IMG/VR virus record: IMGVR_UViG_3300027771_001853
Location: 124,001-188,000 of that record
Reading direction: 5' to 3' (one strand)
Length of the DNA stretch: 64,000 nt
Part shown: positions 60,601-64,000 of the stretch, one piece after another
How the letters are laid out: every line of letters begins with the position of its first letter
Position numbering within the stretch: the first letter of the stretch is position 1
Notes under the pieces: generated by a model
The model's database searches: none
The model's input: only the letters and a program-made list of their open reading frames with translations
What the model was told of the DNA's origin: nothing
Program-made: the position numbers and the translations under genes

Positions 60601-63540
60601 CGTATATTGGTTGTATGGTGAACAACAATCTTCTAACCCCAGTCTGTCACAAATAATTGTTGTTGTGGTTGTTGTTACTGGTAGACAACATGGGTTTCCT
60701 TGAGCTGCTACATCACATAACACGTAACTACTATAGACACAATTTAATGCAGGTGGTACACAGGGTTGACAAAAACAAGGGTTAAAGCAACCACATTCTA
60801 CAACATTTATTAATAACGTATCTCCAGCGGCATTGTTAGTCATTCTTACAATAACTTGGTCCCAAGTATCTGACGTTACGAAATCTTGAGCCCATCCATT
60901 AGTTTGGTTTATACCGTTTAGAATCGTTATAAGCATAGCCCAAGTAGATAATGTGGTTGTTTGACCTGAGAAGACGTAGGAAATATTAGCATTACTTAAT
61001 TGTATCTCACCCACCTTTTCATGTCTACCTAAACCACTATACAACAAACTTAAATTTTCACAACCAGCTAGTGATAGTGTGGCTGTTGGGTTTATATAGT
61101 GATAGAACATGTATAGTGCTGCAGCACCAAAATTCTGGGTAATATGGTTAACAGCCTCAACTCTATTTTGGTATGGTGTATTTCCACCATTAATCCCGGC
61201 TGGTATAACGTATGTTGTTGGGAATTGGTCCCCACACCAGTTTGCGTCTATACCGGGTACAAGTGGTGGTGGTGTAATACATTCGTGCCAATCATCTGGA
61301 GGACAACACCCTAATTCCATACCTGGAAAATAATACGTTCCTGCCACTATAGCGATATTAAAATCAATACAACCCATATCGGTAGTAGGTGATAACCACA
61401 AAAACCCATTATTTATTACATTTATGGGTGATGGATTATTGATTACTTCAGCACAAGTTTGTATTACCGAACCGTCAGGTAAAGTCAACTCGAATATATG
61501 AGCACTACCAATACTAAGCCCTTGTATTAAACTATATAAGAAATTACCACTAGGGATAATATATTGGTCATAAGGTGGACAACAAAGTTCCACACCTATC
61601 GCTAGTGTCGTAGTTGTGGTTGTTGTTGGTCCTGGTGTTGTGGAAGTTGTTGTTACTGGTTGACAACATGGTATTGCGTTAGCAGCGATATCACAAATAC
61701 TAAAATCATTAAATATACAAGGTGTGACCCCAGGTGTGAAACATGGTTGACAAAAACAAGGTGGTTGGTTACATGTACAAGGTCCCCCATAGGTATTCCA
61801 TGACTCCGACATGTTATTTGACTCCTGTTGTATTAACATAACAACCGTGAATCTAGAATCGATATAAGTAAAAACTCCTGGTGTGATACTATTAAGATAA
61901 TCTATAAACGATTGCCAGTTGTTGATGGCACCACTACCGACATAAAGCACATTTGCAGCGTTAGTTATAATATGTGTAGCTTTACTATAACCCATACCTC
62001 CCTGTGCGTATGGGTTTGTTGATGGAACAGACACACATTGGTTTGCCAAGGTATTCGGTGGAGTACCGGTTTCATGATAAAAGCTGCCCCAGGTTACATT
62101 AATGGGGATATTCCCATTTATTTGTTCATCCATTAAATATTCACACGCTCCAATAATGGAGATAGAAGCATGTGGTTTTAGGGTTAAACTATCACAGGAG
62201 GAACCATTAGTGATAGTTGCTAATGGTGGTGTTATGCATTCGTACCACACTGTAGTTGTAGTTGTTGTTAGTGGTCCGGTAGTGGTTGTTGTGGTTGGGG
62301 TACTAGTAGTGGTTGTGGTTGTTTGACCAGGTAACGTGGTGGACGTGGTTGTTTGCCCTGGACAACAAGGTATACCATTAGCTGATATAAGTGCTATAGA
62401 TAACGCATTACAACCTAGCATATTTATTAGTCCGTTTGATGTTAGGTCCGATTGGGTCTCCACCATATTAGCGACAGGTATACCAACAATAGGGTTACAT
62501 AATGGTTTCCAACATTCATTTTGTACTATCCCACCTGACACTAATAAGTTTGGTATTTGGAAGGCATAATTATCATCACAATTAAGTGAATTAAGTAATA
62601 GTAATAAATTACCTGTGGCCCCATATTGTACTGGTACACCAGTACCCACACAACAACTTTCTATCCCACATGTCACACAAGGGTCACCAGTAGTTGTAGT
62701 GGTACAACAATTATAACATGTGGTTGTAGTTGTGGTTATAGGAGCTACTGTTGTGGTAGTAGTTGTTAGGGGTTGTATTCCAGTTGTAGTGATAGTGATA
62801 ATAGGGCACTGTTGACAATCGACAACACTACCAAGTAGTCCTCTTGTTGGTGGTGTTCCAAAAGTGTTTCCACACTGTCCTCCAACATACCCAGTATGCC
62901 AATCACCACTACCCGGATTATTACTTACATCTATATCATAACTGGTTGGTCTGGGACTGTCACCCTCATAGTACATACATGTACCATCAGATAATTGAAT
63001 AACATCACCCTGACTTATAGGCCCTATAGCAGCAGTTAACTGGTTATGGAATGCCTGATTATTTGTATCAGTATTTGGTAAAAAACATGAACCTAAAGGC
63101 GGGGCCCCTGGTGTAGGAACTACTGGTACTGGATTAAAAGCGAGTGAATTATCACAATAACGCCAAGAATGATTGAGTCCGAAAACGGATGGTTGGGTTT
63201 CACACGCATCACAATCACCATATGGTTCAATAAACCAACCAGAATTTTGTAAAGAATGACCACCAAGATATTCAACATGTATAGCTTCTGGTGTTGCGAA
63301 GTCCCCTATATACTCAAAACAAGTCCAAAATTGTGGATATGGAGTTGAGTATAGTCTAATAAAGTCCCCAGGTACTATTTGATGCCCTGCACTTTGTTGG
63401 TAATAATAATTCTGAAAATGTTCATTGTTAGCTATTGTATTTCCTGGAGGCGAACCGGATTTACCAATATTACAATCGAAAGGGACTGGTACACTAAAAG
63501 GTTCGCTAGTAAAACAAGCTCTATATTTTTTATATCCCAT
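57607..63540 (-). CDS. Giant modular Cys-rich protein with poly-Thr linkers
   Basis: 1977 aa. Seven G[LIV]xxCC.PY.QY modules, three W.EC...CFCQPC...PCC modules and a propeller-like segment (YSADIAR...IGNGLT...VVQGDILY...WGAAS), mostly separated by T-runs. Confidence 0.8.
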   Translation of the reverse strand: MGYKKYRACFTSEPFSVPVPFDCNIGKSGSPPGNTIANNEHFQNYYYQQSAGHQIVPGDFIRLYSTPYPQFWTCFEYIGDFATPEAIHVEYLGGHSLQNSGWFIEPYGDCDACETQPSVFGLNHSWRYCDNSLAFNPVPVVPTPGAPPLGSCFLPNTDTNNQAFHNQLTAAIGPISQGDVIQLSDGTCMYYEGDSPRPTSYDIDVSNNPGSGDWHTGYVGGQCGNTFGTPPTRGLLGSVVDCQQCPIITITTTGIQPLTTTTTTVAPITTTTTTCYNCCTTTTTGDPCVTCGIESCCVGTGVPVQYGATGNLLLLLNSLNCDDNYAFQIPNLLVSGGIVQNECWKPLCNPIVGIPVANMVETQSDLTSNGLINMLGCNALSIALISANGIPCCPGQTTTSTTLPGQTTTTTTSTPTTTTTTGPLTTTTTTVWYECITPPLATITNGSSCDSLTLKPHASISIIGACEYLMDEQINGNIPINVTWGSFYHETGTPPNTLANQCVSVPSTNPYAQGGMGYSKATHIITNAANVLYVGSGAINNWQSFIDYLNSITPGVFTYIDSRFTVVMLIQQESNNMSESWNTYGGPCTCNQPPCFCQPCFTPGVTPCIFNDFSICDIAANAIPCCQPVTTTSTTPGPTTTTTTTLAIGVELCCPPYDQYIIPSGNFLYSLIQGLSIGSAHIFELTLPDGSVIQTCAEVINNPSPINVINNGFLWLSPTTDMGCIDFNIAIVAGTYYFPGMELGCCPPDDWHECITPPPLVPGIDANWCGDQFPTTYVIPAGINGGNTPYQNRVEAVNHITQNFGAAALYMFYHYINPTATLSLAGCENLSLLYSGLGRHEKVGEIQLSNANISYVFSGQTTTLSTWAMLITILNGINQTNGWAQDFVTSDTWDQVIVRMTNNAAGDTLLINVVECGCFNPCFCQPCVPPALNCVYSSYVLCDVAAQGNPCCLPVTTTTTTIICDRLGLEDCCSPYNQYTVTLGSPLYVIIANAAYTPGQTVLALTVSDPAGVVFTSCFKIIDTSCPSWVILTGGFTTPPLPPADWTTGQPNCVTCLSWIAQSPWYFQCSVTTTTTQWWECVSSLTPVPGVDAIGCDSSDTELTPPGITTVNGQYTNNQIYTDYLVATYGTSEIFDNYFFINPSIVVGQSYICENTGSLYNGDGYYYKINGFVSSASNGSYFLSGPVTINAHWEMLIDALNVINTTNSWPQDFLYSDHWSQVIGKMHNNAPNDMLSWAGRLCLCTVNCFCQPCSSGPNCIYQYEPDCLVSANATPCCETTTYSPPTTTTTTSALVGLKLCCDPYTEYEVIYNSSLYNLIDYSLPPFTRAFVMTITLPNGTDLTACMEMDMNIPLSSPQVQTGQFEWLFSPTVYSNDCTDLNGNTQLYNGYGFPDLLNGCCPATTTTTSSSLLGLEECCYPFTQYVVTGNLLAFIQSYNIGQAFYGSLSSASVTTPNLCWNIITNPSGLIVDTAVGYSMQNDCIELDAFLGNNNLGTCCPTTTTTTSPTTTTTTTALCDSCGVLFVDGSNPPGIYNYNHTTNQTNLLFTATQNLGYSADIARYGNLIWVYYSIKIQEYIIDPVTCNVTWNREITTPAQIGNGLTAIDSTTLIGGSSWNATPCMGDICSIDITTNTAVLSSSIALTGSDVVQGDILYLAGSNTLIVALATSTGSELAYYDLNTGVLLGTVNMGGVVTFGLYCYNQNIYGVTQDKDIYPIYVTSSSISAGSSLQTVPNPPLWVWGAASDPDCCLGNTTTTTSVAVVLGIRMCCAPYKHYTATGSLLTYIQGLNVGDTFAGTFNIPVVGDKILCVEVIGNATTLVNVNSFVTICNPSPHSCSQLSAHLISYNPPGHGYTELAEGCCPGTTTTTTEPVSSNLLIRACCPKLGTLYYQEYKPTTGSNLENLLTSFVVGTVIELILLPVGGSALQSQCYQVIPTSMSYLDTDGYTTLNQTWANCTECNAGLLVPIPASCQSLPF

Positions 63541-63575
63541 AGTTTATTATTTAACAATAAATACCCACATCATGA

Positions 63576-63998
63576 TTAAATAGGCGTACATGTAGTTGTC
63601 GTTGTTACTGGACAACATGGTATCCTTAGTGTCGGGTCTTGGTTCTGATAAGGTAACCAAGCTTGGAGACCAGCACACGGTGTTGGTGCTGGTGGTGATA
63701 GTAGTACGGCCCCTGTCACTGTTGGTCCGGTTGGGCTATTTATTATTCTTGCACAAACCGGTACACCACTGATAATAAATAAGTGTGAGGAACCTAAACT
63801 TAAACCATTTATATCAGTAAGTAGTGTTCCAATTGCTACGTATTGTTGGAATACTCCGTTCGTATCAGAACAACACTCTTCCAAACCTCTACCAGTTACA
63901 TTTACAGTTGTTGTTGTTGTGGTTGGGCAACACCCGACTGATTGTCCTTTGTCTTCACATGTGTCACACTGGTCTGTCAACCCGGCTGGCCAAATAGG
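63576..63998 (-). CDS. C-terminal part of another Cys-rich / poly-Thr modular protein (5'-truncated)
   Basis: The frame is open to the window edge (PIWPAGLTDQC...). It contains a GLEECC...QQY module and two T-runs. Confidence 0.75.
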   Translation of the reverse strand, partial: PIWPAGLTDQCDTCEDKGQSVGCCPTTTTTTVNVTGRGLEECCSDTNGVFQQYVAIGTLLTDINGLSLGSSHLFIISGVPVCARIINSPTGPTVTGAVLLSPPAPTPCAGLQAWLPYQNQDPTLRIPCCPVTTTTTCTPI

Positions 63999-64000
63999 GA

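Noticed and set aside
55320-63930. (GTT/GTA/GTG)n microsatellite-like tracts considered as DNA repeats, contingency loci or a CRISPR-like array
   Set aside because: They are in-frame mixed ACN codons for poly-Thr, so selection is at the protein level. There are no fixed-length repeat-spacer units and no cas genes.
1-64000. Alternative genetic code (TAG/TGA recoding), as seen in some large phages
   Set aside because: Genes are full-length and densely packed under code 11, and TAG terminates several genes at sensible boundaries (699, 29055, 30428, 37572, 40999).
57607-64000. Diversity-generating retroelement acting on the repeated modules
   Set aside because: There is no reverse transcriptase in the window and no near-identical TR/VR pair differing only at adenines. 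The module copies are diverged at all positions.

Overview
This 64 kb AT-rich window comes from a large contractile-tailed (T4-superfamily-like) dsDNA phage, most likely infecting Bacteroidota. The host evidence is a TTG-N20-TAnnTTTG promoter and a secreted protein with a signal peptide, +1 Gln and a T9SS-like C-terminus. Almost all genes are on the minus strand and use the standard genetic code. Tail, baseplate and neck genes (gp6-, gp25-, gp26/gp51-, gp19-, gp18-, gp15-, gp14- and gp13-like, a tape measure, and two giant hub proteins carrying an amidase and an OmpA-like domain) are interleaved with a replication module (class II RNR, DnaB-like helicase, 5'-3' exonuclease, UvsX/RecA, gp32-like SSB, SNF2 ATPase, family B polymerase). 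The right-hand ~18 kb is an accessory structural cluster of very Cys-rich modular proteins whose domains are joined by poly-Thr linkers. One of them carries an intact trypsin-like protease domain. In the middle of the cluster sits a GT-A glycosyltransferase resembling peptidyl O-glycosyltransferases (SERGT1/HPAT, GT96/GT95-like). Structural proteins are also enriched in an [S/T]-[G/A]-x-[S/T] tetrapeptide. Together these suggest a phage-encoded virion O-glycosylation ('mucin-like coat') system, which is the top hypothesis. Other notable signals are a TATTTAT motif upstream of at least 16 genes (the reverse complement of the T4 late promoter core), a candidate +1/-2 frameshift joining the two tail chaperone ORFs, and an unlisted RHH-type small ORF. 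All family assignments come from motif recognition by eye; no database searches were run.
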